Source: Macrostomum lignano (lineage: Eukaryota). From it: a stretch of 64,000 nt of DNA. The stretch's first letter is position 1, and every line of letters begins with the position of its first letter. This document shows, piece after piece, positions 50,860-63,230 of this stretch. The notes under the pieces are model-generated. The model was not told the DNA's origin. It saw only the letters and a list, made by a program, of their open reading frames with translations, and ran no database searches. The translations under genes and the position numbers were made by a program. The stretch lies in assembly GCA_002269645.1 (NCBI GenBank), contig NIVC01002012.1, forward strand, positions 149,478-213,477, written 5' to 3'.

Positions 50860-53800
50860 GGCAGGCAGACATGCAGGCAGCCTCACCAGACAGACAGACA
50901 GACAGCCTCACCAGTCAGACAGACAGACAGCCTCACCAGTCAGACAGACAGACAGCCTCACCAGTCAGACAGACAGCCTCACCAGTCAGACAGGCGGTAT
51001 AAGCCAGCATAGCCTGCACGCTGGCAGCATTCCCGGCAGACACGGCCAGTTCCAGAGCCAGCCGGTGCTCAAAGTCGCGCACAGCCGGGCAGGCACCGTA
51101 CTCAAGCAGCAGTCGAACTGCCAAAGCATTGTCCTCAGCCGCGGCCATAGCCAGAGCAGTCCTGCCCGTGGCCGGATGCTGGCCGTTAATGGGACAGTCA
51201 GGCTGGTCTAACAGGAACTGCAAGGCAGACATGGAGTTGCATTTGGCGGCCAGACACAGCGGCGTGAAGCCGTCAGGATCGGTGACGAACAGGTCGGTGT
51301 GACGGAACCTTGCAGCCAGCTGGTCCGGCAGACGAGAGACGAGTTCGGCTATGACGCGAGATCGTTGGTTGCGCCGTCTGCACAGATGCATGAGTATATA
51401 TTTTGTGGCGTCAAATTTTAGGGTTACTACACCGATTCTATATATTATTTCTAATTCAAGCGGTCTCTAATCTCACCTGTTTGTCCCTAGTCTCATCTGC
51501 CTGTCTCTAGTCTCACCTGTTTGTCTCTAATCTCCACTGTTTGTTTCTGATCTCCCATTTTTGTCACTAATCTTACCTGTTTGTCTCTAGTCTCATCTGC
51601 CTGTCTCTAACCCAATCTGCCTGTCTCTAACCCAATCTGCCTGTCTCTAGTCTCACCTGTTTGTCTCTAATCTCACCATCCTGTCTTTAATCTCCACTGT
51701 TTGTTTCTAATCTCACCTGTTCGTCTTTACTCCCATCCGCCTATCTCTAATCCCATCTGCCTGTCTCTAGTCTCACCTGTTTGTCTCTAATCTAACCTGT
51801 TTGTCTTGGGTCTACGACGTTTGCCTGCGGGACGTTTGCCAGCCGACGTTTGCCTGCTGGACGTTTGCCAGCCGACATTTGCCAGCCGACGTTTGCCAGC
51901 CGACGTTTGCCAGTGGGACGTTTGCCAGCCGAAGTTTTCCTGCCGGACGTTTGCCTGCGGGACGTTTGCCAGCCGACATTTGCCAGCCGACGTTTGCCAG
52001 CCGACGTTTGCCAGCCGACATTGGCCAGCCGACATTTGCCAGCCGACGTTTGCCAGCGGGACGTTTGCCAGTCGGACGTTTGCCTGCCGGACGTTTGCCA
52101 GCCGACGTTTGCCAGCCGACGTTTGCCTGCCGGAAGTTTGCCAGCCAAAATTTGCTAGCCAATATAAAGCCAGTCAGTGAAAAATTTGATACTGAAACAT
52201 TCGCAGTTTAGCGGTTTGACAAAAACCGTTTTTACTCCAACTTTTTGACGGTTATTCGCATATATACAAGTTTGAATGTGAAAATATTAGATAGATAGAT
52301 AGGATTTCACTTTGAATGTGAAAATATTGTTTACTTTTGGCAATTGTGTATCGTTTTTCCCAGTTTGAGATGTTTGATTTTTGATGTGCGAAAGAAGACG
52401 CGCAGATTACAACGGGAATCTCCAGCGATTAAGTTATGAGGCAAACAAAAAGAGCTGCTGAGCGGTAATTCTGGCTCATATATTTCTCAGTTCATTGGGA
52501 GATCCAAAAGTAAGCAAATTGATTCCAATTATGTTGTATTACTACTCAAGTAAGCCAGGAAACCGCGATCTCAACGTACATGTGTAGACGAGTCGAATGC
52601 GGTACGTTTGTATAGTAAGCTATATAGCTGAATAGCCAGACAAGCCGCCAGTAGCAAACTAGTAGGATAGCAAGCGCTAGACACTACGTATGCAAAGCTT
52701 AGTCACGCCAAGGACTACTAAAGTAGAAGTACGCAGCACTCGAAATCTATGAAAAATGTTTTGAAGGCCATAGGGAGATAGGAAGTTTTCATCTTTTCAG
52801 CACAACAATTGTTATTGCTTTCATACGAGGCAAACCCAATGTTCATCTTTTGATATGTTGTGCCAAAATCGTTGTTAAACTAGATATTAGACGTTAGACT
52901 GATGAACTGCATAATTTATATATTTTGCTTTCAAACTTGTATACATGCGAATAACCGTCAAAAAGTTGGAGTAAAAACGGTTTTTGTCAAACCGCTAAAC
53001 TGCGAATGTTTCAGTATCAAATTTTTCACTGACTGGCTTTATATTGGCTAGCAAATTTTGGCTGGCAAACTTCCGGCAGGCAAACGTCGGCTGGCAAACG
53101 TCGGCTGGCAAACGTCCCGCAGGCAAACGTCGGCTGGCAAACGTCCGGCAGGCAAACTTCGGCTGGCAAACGTCTCACTGGCAAACGTCGGCTGGCAAAC
53201 GTCGGCTGGCAAATGTCGGCTGGCAAACGTCCCGCAGGCAAACGTCGGCTGGCAAACGTCCCGCAGGCAAACGTCGCTATCCCGTTTGTCTTTAATCTCA
53301 CCTGTTTGTCTCTAATCTCACCTGTTTGTCTCTAATCTCACCAGCCTGTCTCTAATCTCCACTGTTTGCTTCTAATGTCATCTGTTTGTCTCTACTCTAA
53401 TCTGCCTGTCTCTAATCCCATCTGCCTGTCTCTAATCTCACCTGTTTGTCTCTAATCTTACCAGCCTGTCTCTAATCCCATCTGCCTGTCTCTAGTCTCA
53501 CCTGTTTGTCTTTAATCTCACCTTTGTCTTTAATCACCTGTTTCTAATCCCACAGCCTGTCTCTAATCTCTACTGTTTGTTTCGAATCTCCCATGTTTGT
53601 CTCTTAATCTCATCTGTTTGTCTCTAATCTCATCTGTCTGTACTTCACTCCCACTCTCACCTGTCTTTCTCTTACTTAATCTACCTGTCTCTTATCGGAC
53701 ATTAAATCAAGGCTCTAATCTCAGATTTCTCTGATCTTAGCTACCTATATCTAATCTCACCTGTCTCCAGTTTTAACCTCTCAATATTTTGTCGCCTATC

Positions 53801-56800
53801 ATGATATGCTTCTCAGGATAAAATGTCTAAACCCCTACAAATACAATCAAGACTCGCACTAAGAATCACAACCTACCTTTCAATCAGCCTGGTGCAGGGA
53901 TTATTTCCACCCGAACATTTAAATCCCAAATGATCCGGCAAGGCGCCAGCCTTATCCGGCAAATTAAAATCCACTTCGTGTTGCAATAGAAAATTAGTTA
54001 AATCTTCATCAGCAGCCAGAGCAGCCAAATGCAGAGCAGTCCGACCCAAACTGGAGTCTGCAGCATTTAAATCGGCCTTCAAAAGATGCAGATAGCAAGC
54101 TAAATAGTGCTGACGATATTCTGAATCCCAGCCTTGACTTAGATGAATTAACTGGTGAGACAGTGGCGACTCGGACTGATTATTTCTATTGATACTACTT
54201 GAATCGGTCAGTAGTAGCTTTCTGCGTAGCAAATTAGCAAGCAAAGCTAAGCTAGACAGGCCCATCTCTAAGCAGCGATGCAGCAGAGCATTGTCGCCGC
54301 CGTTCACTGCCGATATGTTGAGTTGGCCCTGTTTAAAGGTAATGATTGAATGGTGTTTTTAACCGACTTCAGTTGCTTTGACTTTAATAATTTTAACTTT
54401 ACCATAAGTCTATCTTAACTTTTTAAGCTTGCCACACTTCTAGATCAGTATGTCACTCTATACTGTCATGTCCCTCCATTCCACCAGTTGTCACTTGAAC
54501 ACATCAGTGTCTCAACCCATTCAATCAGTGTGACACCAGTGACACCAGTGTATCACTTCATTTAATCAGTCTGTCACTTCATCTAATCAGTCTGTCACTC
54601 CATCTAATCAGTCTGTCACTCCATCTATTCAGTTTGTCATTCCATCTAATCAGAGTGTCACACTATCATACGAAAGTGTCACTCCATCTAATCAGTCTGT
54701 CACTCCATCTAACCAGTACTGTCACTCTATCTAATCATTCTGTCACTCCATCTATTCAGTGTGTCACTCCATCTCATCAGTGTCACTCCATCTAATCAGT
54801 TTGTCACGCGATCTAATCAGTGTGTCACTCCATCAAATATTTTTCTCACTTCATTCAATCAGTTTATTTTCACTTAATTCTATAATTGTGTCACTCTTTT
54901 AAGCCACGATATGCTACTAAATATGTCGCTAAATAGTCCATTTAACTAGTGGCTACAAACTATTTTTTGATTATTGCACTCGAATATTCAGCCGATAGTA
55001 CTCAATCTAGAACCTATTCATTACCTGATTAGCCAACACTAACAGCTCTTCGTGAGTAGCCGGATTAGTCACTAATCCCAGGGCGTGGATTCTTTGTTCA
55101 GGCGTCAGACTAACCGGCCCAGAATTGAATTCAGCTTTCTGCTTCTGCTGATTGGAAGAAGGCGTTAAAAATTTAAACAAAGACAACGGAGCTTTCACAG
55201 CCATAGACGTAGCCGCGGAACCAACTGAACTAGTTGATAAACGAACTTTACTGCGAACTGTAGGCGACGCCACGGCCGACAAAGACCTGCCGCTTGCATC
55301 TAGCAGTTTAACACAATTGGAACTGTCGAGTTTGTGTAATAAAGTGACGCACTGGACTGAATCGGCTAGACAGGCCGTGTGCAATAGAGTGAAACGGCTG
55401 GGTCCCGGCATGCGGACTCGCGGATGCAGCAGACGAGACTGGAGCAGGGCTAACAGGTGCCTGCAGAGGTTTGAAGAAAATCGACAGATAAGTCAGATTT
55501 TTAAATGAACTAAGCTTGTAACGAATGTCTACGACTTGAGATTTTAAGATAGGACTAGGAGATATGTAAGATTTTTAAGATAGGAGAATCTATTTAGTGT
55601 TAATATTTTGAAATTTCCAAATCTATTGATGAGATTTTGAGACCGGCAACTCTAGTGGTGAGATTTTGACATTAGGAAATCTGGTGGTGAGATTTATAAG
55701 CGATTGCCAAATCTATTAATGAGATTTTGAGATCGGCAAATCTAGTGGTGAGAATTTAAGATTGGGGAATCTAGTGGTGAGATTTTTAAGAAATTGCCAA
55801 ATCTATTAATGAGATTTTGAGATCGGCAAATCTAGTGGTGAGATTTTGAGATCGGCAAATCTAGTGGTGAGATTTTGAGATCGGCAAATCTAGTGGTGAG
55901 ATTTTGAGATTGGGAAATCTAGTGGTGAGATTTTTAAGAGATTATCAAATCTATTGATGAGATTTTGAGATCGGCAAATCTAGTGGTGAGAATTTAAGAT
56001 TGGGAATCTAGTGGTGAGATTTTTAAGAAATTGCCAAATCTATTAATGAGATTTTGAGATCGGCATATCTAGTGGTGAGATTTTGAGATCGGCAAATCTA
56101 GTGGTGAGATTTTGAGATCGGCAAATCTAGTGGTGAGATTTTGAGATTGGGAAATCTAGTGGTGAGATTTTTAAGAGATTATCAAATCTATTGATGAGAT
56201 TTTGAGATCGGGAAAATTTAGTGGTGAGATTTTGAGATTGGGAAATCTAGTGGTGAGATCTTTAACAGATTGTCAAATCTATTGACGAGATTTTGAGATT
56301 GGGAAATCGAGTGTCGAGATTTGAGAAATTAGGAAATCTAGGGGTGAGATTTTGATAATTAAAAATCTAGTAGTGAGATCTGAGCAGTCAATCATAACAG
56401 TAGACAACAAGTGGTTCTACAACGCACCTCTCCAGATCCAGCATAATTAACAGCCTAGTCAGCGATATCAAACAGTCCGGCCCCTCAACCAACTGTTGTC
56501 TGTGCGCAGAAACAAAATCCGGAAAATCCTCAGCAGAAGGAAACCAATCGATAAAATTAGCGAACGCATTAAACGGTTTCGGTGGTCTTAAAAATGACTG
56601 ACAAATAAACAGATGCGACTGAGGACTATAAGGCTCTTCTATGGATTGAATTTGCCTGTCGATTGCTGCCACTTCAGCTGGAGGGAATGAAAGTTTAACT
56701 ACAATGCGAGATTGCACTGGAGGCGGCGGAGGAGGTGGCGGTGGTCGTGCAAGAGGATGCTCACGATCTTCATTGGCAACGAGACCGTCATTAAAGTGAT

Positions 56801-57263
56801 TGCAATTAAGGTCAACGTCGGAATTAGCAGTACGATTATGCTTCTGTTGCTGTTGCAGTGCTAAATTAAGTTGACTGCCTAGAAGTGATTCCTCTGGTCG
56901 ATAGAACCATGTCATGGATTGTTGATGCTGATCAAGGTGAGAGCGTTGAGCCCGCGAGGACACATTGCCCTGAGGAGGCAGGGAAAGCTGCAAGAGACAT
57001 CCTTGTTGTTGCTGATTTCCAAGAACATTGATCGACGAAGCAATATGCCTACTTCCAATATTCAAACTGGCGCCAACATTCGATGACGAGTGTTCCGGTG
57101 TTGCAGTACCGTTAAGAAAAACGCTTTTATCCGACTGGTTCTGCATCAAATTAAGCTGCTGATTTTTCAGTTGCCTCAATTTACTAACGCCATCAAGATT
57201 TTCCTTGCCGTTACCAACGACTACAACTATTGGGGCGGCTGTGCGAGTTTGAGCAGATGGCAG
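46673..57263 (-). CDS. Large multi-ankyrin-repeat protein (about 1,200 aa); exons 57263-56428, 55460-55025, 54328-53877, 51377-50983, 50652-50210, 49718-48840, 46972-46673
   Basis: ANK motifs [67 protein letters not shown] and [12 protein letters not shown]. All six inferred introns are GT-AG and phase-consistent. The exon 5 acceptor and the true start are uncertain. Confidence 0.75.
47010..48700. repeat. 24-bp minisatellite (ATGGCACTAGATGGCGATTCTCTA) with higher-order structure; last intron of the ANK gene
   Basis: About 70 units; a rare variant recurs at a 648-bp distance. Confidence 0.95.
49840..50170. repeat. GGGGATTTGGGAAGATG-type intronic minisatellite
   Basis: Direct reading. Confidence 0.85.
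50672..50990. repeat. (CAGA)n microsatellite plus duplicated splice-donor units
   Basis: CCTCACCAG occurs at 50881, 50906, 50931, 50956 and 50977. Confidence 0.9.
51465..53770. repeat. TCTAATCTCACCTGTTTGTC-type minisatellite (51465-51807 and 53284-53770), split by a transposon
   Basis: The same unit occurs on both sides of the element at 51808-53283. Confidence 0.85.
51808..53283. mobile_element. Non-autonomous Mutator/foldback-like element with long TIRs containing 14-bp repeats
   Basis: GACGTTTGCCAGCC arrays are inverted at the two ends, and a further ~140-bp unique inverted arm is present (52140-52280 vs 52935-53070). Ends are GGG...CCC, with a 9-bp direct repeat GTTTGTCTT at 51799-51807 and 53284-53292. 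Confidence 0.8.
54500..54860. repeat. About 21-bp degenerate minisatellite (CACTCCATCTAATCAGTCTGT)
   Basis: Direct reading. Confidence 0.8.
55600..56380. repeat. About 29-bp minisatellite (GAGATTTTGAGATCGGCAAATCTAGTGGT)
   Basis: Direct reading. Confidence 0.9.
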
Positions 57264-58144
57264 CTGAAATATTGAAACAAAATTTATTGACAAATAATTA
57301 CTAAGATATAGCGCTACAAAAAATGACAGAAACTTTATCAAACGTCGTTAGGATTAAACTTTCCTATGAATGAACAACTAACCTTAAATTCTTGACAAAT
57401 CAAATGAAAACAAGATAAAATTATTGATATTCTAATAAAAATCACTTGTGCCAGTTAGAATAAAATTCGTCAATATTATTGATTCTTAAAGGTATATTTC
57501 ATAATGAAAAGCATCATTAGACTCGGTAGCACAACAACTGCCTGCGGCGACAACTTTGTTCGTGCGTGTGTGTATTCCCTGTTGCTTTTAAGTTAATAAT
57601 TAAGTGAACCAATGTACTGTAGTATTAGCAAATAGTTTCTGTCTGCAAACTATTTGCATTGTAATCGATATTGTATTTTGGGGGGGGGGTGCTGGTCTGG
57701 GTTATACATTCTATTTAGACAAATGCGCGTTATCTTTGTAAAGGCTTTTTTGTTGTATTTTTGTTACTTTTACAAAAAATGATATTATTGTTAAACATCT
57801 TTGTCCGTGACAATTTTACTCGAATAAGGTGATCTACATGTATACATGTAAAACTAAAGTAGCAATTGGTTAAGAAAGTGTGCTTTATAATGGATTTGCA
57901 TCAATAATTTTTGCTCCTTGCTTATTGCGCGCCCCGAAAGGGGGCACTAGATTGCTAGTCAATACACTAAAACCGGTTTTTATTTCTCAGGTATTTTAAA
58001 TTTTCTTTCTAACTACTAATAATAACTATGATGTTTCGCTCTCAGTTGCTGAACAAGCCAGTTGTCGCCGCAGGCAATTGTCGAAGAACCTTAAAATCAG
58101 TATAAAAGCCTAAAAAACACCGGAACAATTACAAGAAAACACAG

Positions 58145-59751
58145 TTAATTCGCCTTAGCTTTAGAGCTGGAAACACTGCCACGAAATGGTAGCATAAACT
58201 GATCAACATTGCCCAACTTTTGCAAAGCCTCGTAAGCCGGATTAGGCAACACTGTTTTCAAGGCGATGAAACAGTACACAATTCTAGGCACGGCTACTAG
58301 CGACTCTTCGGCCAGGATGGCGGCCACTGCTCTGTCAGCAACATAGGCCGGGTCAAGCGAAGGGAACAGCCATTCAATTGGCGAGTTGCAGCCTTGGAAC
58401 ATGCCAGTGCGGATCAGGTAGGGGCACAGGGTGGTCACCGGGATGCGAGCGTTCGGGTAGCAACTGCGCAGCTCGCTTTGAAGGGATTCGGCAAAGATCA
58501 CATCGGCCGCTTTTGATGCGCAATAGTCTGAGAGGTGGCTTGCCCCGATCCAACCTGCACAGGAGGCCGTGTAGAACAGGTGGCCGCTGCCTCTGGACAG
58601 CATGTGCGGCAGGAGAGCCTTGGTGATCCAATAGTGACTGAGCAGGTTCACTCGGTACAGCTGCGGGTGTGAAACGAGAAGTTCTCATTTATTTTATAAA
58701 ACAGAAAACATGATTCATGCATGAGGGAAGCTGGTTGCATCTATACGGAAGCTTTCAGCGTCTGTACGGAAGCTTTCAGTGTCTGTACGGAAGCTTTCAG
58801 TGTCTGTACGGAAGCTTTCAGCGTCTGTACGGAAGCTTTCAGTGTCTGTACGGAAGCTTTCAGTGTCTGTACGGAAGCTTTCAGTGTCTGTACGGAAGCT
58901 TTCAGTGTCTGTACGGAAGCTTTCAGTGTCTGTACGGAAGCTTTCAGTGTCTGTACGGAAGCTTTCAGTGTCTGTACGGAAGCTTTCAGCGTCTGTACGG
59001 AAGCTTTCAGCGTCTGTACGGAAGCTTTCAGCGTCTGTACGGAAGCTTTCAGTGTCTGTACGGAAGCTTTCAGCGTCTGTACGGAAGCTTTCAGTGTCTG
59101 TACGGAAGCTTTCAGTGTCTGTACGGAAGCTTTCAGTGTCTGTACGGAAGCTTTCAGCGTCTGTACGGAAGCTTTCAGTGTCTGTACGGAAGCTTTCAGC
59201 GTCTGTACGGAAGCTTTCAGCGTCTGAACGGATGCTGGTTGCACCTGCGGTGAAGCTGGCTGCTTTTACAAACGGTAAAATTTTAATTGTTGTCAATCGC
59301 TATAACTCACCTTCTCCGTCTTGTCATCGTCGGAGTCCAGCAGCGTCTTCCCCTGCACGATGCCCGCATTGTTAACCACAATGTCAACGCGGCCCATCCG
59401 GTTCAGGGTCTCCTTGGCAACCGAGTAGCAAGCCTCACGCGAGGCCACATCGCAGATGAAGGACTCGAACTGGGCCGAGCCGCTGCTGCCGCAGGCTTCG
59501 GCCACCAGACGGCGGGTGGCCTCCAGGCCTTCGCTGCTGATGTCCCAGGCGGCCACACGACAGCCGAGGCGGGCGAGCCGAACGCAGATCAGCTGACCGA
59601 TGCCTGCCCCGGCTCCCGTTATCATGGCAACCTGGCCGCGAATCGATTTGCACTTCGGTACAACGCAGCGGTAGAAGAATTGGACCCAGCTGATGGCGAA
59701 CCAGCAGGGCAGGCGGACAAGGAAAAGCAGCACGTCCACGATGGGGTGCAT
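58145..59751 (-). CDS. SDR16C-type short-chain dehydrogenase (RDH10/SDR16C5/HSD17B11-like), copy 1; exons 59751-59311, 58660-58145
   Basis: Hydrophobic N-terminus, ITGAGAGIG, WDIS, CDV, VNNAGIV, catalytic YCASK and TTLCPYLIRTGMF. Exon 1 is 441 nt (phase 0). Confidence 0.9.
58740..59225. repeat. 21-bp minisatellite (TCTGTACGGAAGCTTTCAGTG) in the intron of SDR copy 1 only
   Basis: About 23 units; absent from the copy 2 intron. Confidence 0.95.
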
Positions 59752-59789
59752 GGCGGCTGGAGCGGGGAGGTGAGCAGCTTGAGTGCCGT

Positions 59790-60890
59790 GGGATTGATGG
59801 GGCTGGGATTGATGGGGCTGGGCCTGATGGAGCTGGGATTGATGGGGCTGGGCCTGATGGGGCTGGGATTGATGGGGCTGGGATTGATGGGCTGGGCCTG
59901 ATGGGGCTGGGATTGATGGGGCTGGGATTGATGTAGCTGGTACTGATGGAGCTGAGATTGGTGGGGCTGTGACCGATGGAGCTGGGATTGGTGGAGCTGA
60001 AATTAATGAAGCTTGGATTGATAAAGCTGGGGATGAAAAAGCTGGGATTAATGGAGTTGGGATTAATGGAGTTGGGATTACTGAAGCTGGGATTGATGTA
60101 GCTGGTGCTGATGGAGCTGGAATTGGGGCTGTGACTGATGGAGCTGAGATTGATGGAGTTGGGATTAATGAAACTGGGATTGATGTAGCTGGTATTGATG
60201 GAGCTGGGATTAATGAAGCTAGGATTAATGAAGCTGGCATTAATGAAGCTGGGATTGATGGGACTGTGACTGATGGAGCTGTGATTGGATGAGCTGTAAT
60301 TAATGAAGCTGGGATTGATGGAGCTGGGGATGAAGAAGCTGGGATTGATGGAGTTGGGATTAATGAAGCTGGGATTGATGCAGCTGGGAGTGATGAGGCT
60401 GGTATTGATAGAGCTGGAATTGATTAGGCTGGGAGTGATGGAGCTGGGATTTATGGAGCTGTATGCTACGTAGATACTAAGTACGGGATTTAGAATTTTG
60501 CTGGAGATGATTCTGCAGGGTGGCCCAGCAACTGGGGATCTGGGAGGCTGGCCCAGCAACTGAGGATCTGGTAGGCTGGCCGAGCAACTGAGGATCTGGT
60601 AGGCTGGCCGAGCAACTGAGGATCTGCGAGGCTGTCTAAGCAACTGAGGATCTGGGAGGCTGTCAAAGCAACTGAGGATCTGGGAGGCTGTCCAAGCAAC
60701 TGAGGATCTGGGAGGCTGTCCAAGCAACTGAGGATCTGGGAGGCTGTCAAAGCAACTGAGGATCTGGGAGGCTGTCCAAGCAACTGAGGATCTGGGAGGC
60801 TGTCCAAGCAACTGAGGATCTGGGAGGCTGTCCAAGCAACTGAGGATCTGGGAGGTTGTCCAAGCAACTGAGGATCTGGAGGACTGCCAA
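59790..60890. repeat. 15-bp (GGGATTGATGGAGCT) array at 59790-60460 and 28-bp array at 60500-60890
   Basis: Direct reading. Confidence 0.9.
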
Positions 60891-61348
60891 ATGGGCCAGA
60901 ACCCTAGGTTAGAAATAAATAAAGAATTAATTATCATCTAGCAACATTTTCTGCTTAAAAACTTTATTGATTTTTAGCGTAAAGTAAACAGAGAGACGCT
61001 TACGTAACTGGTTAGGTCACTGATAAAAGAAATATTTTGCGTCAACATGTTAGACTTGAAAAATCACTCGTCACCTGGTTATGTCAAATCCATAAAATAA
61101 TAACAACGTTAAAGATTAGCGGTGACAAAAAGTGTCACTTAAAAAAGTTATTGAAGGGTTAACTAATATGTCATAGGTCATGACACGTCACTGCAACTGT
61201 TTAAAATCATCACAACACACGGTTAATTCAAAGCCAGATTTGATAGCAAATCTGTAAAACTGACAAAAAAATTTTTCATTGTAAAAAACTAATGGCAATA
61301 AAAGTTTAGTAAAGTATAGTTAACCCAGCACCACAATAGTCAGAAAAA

Positions 61349-62533
61349 TCACTTAGCCTTGCTCTTAATAGCGGCAGAGACGCTGCCAACAAACGGAGCC
61401 ATAAATCTGTCAATATTGCCCAGGTGTTGCATAGCCTCGTAAGCCGGATTAGGCAGTATAGCCTTCAAGGCCACGAAGATGTACACAAATCTGGGCAAGG
61501 CCACCACGGACTCTTCAGCCAGGATGGCGGCCACAGCTCTGTCAGCAACATAGGCCGGGTCAAGCGAAGGGAACAGCCATTCAATTGGCGAGTTGCAGCC
61601 TTGGAACATGCCAGTGCGGATTAGGTAGGGGCACAGGGTGGTCACCGGGATGCGAGCGTTCGGGTAGCAACTGCGCAGCTCGCTCTGCAATGATTCTGTG
61701 AAAATCAGATCAGCAGCCTTGGAGGCAGTGTAGTCAGTAAGACGACTAGCACCCATCCAGGCGGTGCAGGAGGCCGTGTAGAACAGGTGGCCGCTGCCTC
61801 TGGACAGCATGTGCGGCAGGAGAGCCTTGGTGATCCAATAGTGACTGAGCAGGTTCACTCGGTACAGCTGCGGGTTGATGTTTGTGACTGTGTGAACTAG
61901 CACCACGCACTCTCCCGTCTGTCCCCATGTATGTTTAATCTGTCAACTATTTCGTTTTAAGTCATTTCGAGCTGGTACTCTGAAGAGTCAACTCTTACAC
62001 CCTGAAGCACAATTTCTAAATTCAGAATCAAGAATCATATGTCCCATTCTCAAATATTTCCCATATTCACCCGGTCACCCAGGCCTCCCTCACCTTCTCT
62101 GTCTTGTCATCGTCGGAGTCCAGCAGCGTCTTCCCCTGCACGATGCCCGCATTGTTAACCACAATGTCAACGCGGCCCATCCGGTTCAGGGTCTCCTTGG
62201 CAACCGAGTAGCAAGCCTCACGCGAGGCCACATCGCAGATGAAGGACTCGAACTGGGCCGAGCCGCTGCTGCCGCAGGCTTCGGCCACCAGACGGCGGGT
62301 GGCCTCCAGGCCTTCGCTGCTGATGTCCAGGCGGCCACACGACAGCCGAGGCGGGCGAGCCGAACGCAGATCAGCTGACCGATGCCTGCCCCGGCTCCCG
62401 TTACCATGGCAACCTGGCCACGAATCGATTTGCGCTTCGGTACAACGCAGCGGTAGAAGAACTGGACCCAGCTGATGGCGAACCAGCAGGGCAGGCGGAC
62501 AAGGAAAAACAGCACGTCCACGATGGCGTGCAT
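61349..62533 (-). pseudogene. SDR16C-type dehydrogenase copy 2 with a 1-nt deletion in exon 1 (pseudogene or assembly error); exons 62533-62094, 61867-61349
   Basis: TGTCCAGGC here versus TGTCCCAGGC in copy 1 (62327-62328), so exon 1 is 440 nt. Exon 2 is intact with YTASK. Confidence 0.75.
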
Positions 62534-62569
62534 GGCGGCAGGAGCGGGGAGGTGAGCAGCTTGATTGCC

Positions 62570-63230
62570 ATGGGATTGATGGGGCTGGAATTGATGGAGC
62601 TGGGATTGATGGGGCTGGGATTGATGGGGCTGGAATTGATGGAGCTGGGACTGATGGGGCTGGGATTGATGAAGCTGGGATTGATGGAGCTGGGATTGAT
62701 GGAGCTGGTACTGATGGAGCTGGCATTGATGGAGCTGGTACTGATGGAGCTGGGATTGATGAAGCTGGGACTGATGGAGCTGGGATTGATGGAGCTGGTA
62801 CTGATGGAGCTGGGATTGGTGGGGCTGTGACTGATGGAGCTGGGACTGATGGAGCTGGGACTAATGGAGCTGGGATTGATGGAGCTGGGATTGATGGAGC
62901 TGGGATTGATGGAGCTGGGATTGATGGAGCTGGTACTGATGGAGCTGAGATTGGTGGGGCTGTGACTGATGGAGCTGGGATTGGTGGAGCTGTAATTAAT
63001 AAAGCTGGGATTGATGAAGCTGGGATTCATGGATCTGGCATTGATGGAGCTGGGATTGATGAAGCTGGGATTGATGAAGCTGGGATTCATGGATCTGGCA
63101 TTGATGGAGCTGGGATTGATGGATCTGGCATTGATGGAGCTGGGATTGATGAAGCTGGGATTAATGAAGCTGGACTGATGGAGCTGGCATTGATGGAGCT
63201 GGCATTGATGGAGCTGGGACTAATGGGACT
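62570..63230. repeat. 15-bp minisatellite upstream of SDR copy 2 (same family as 59790-60460)
   Basis: Direct reading. Confidence 0.95.
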
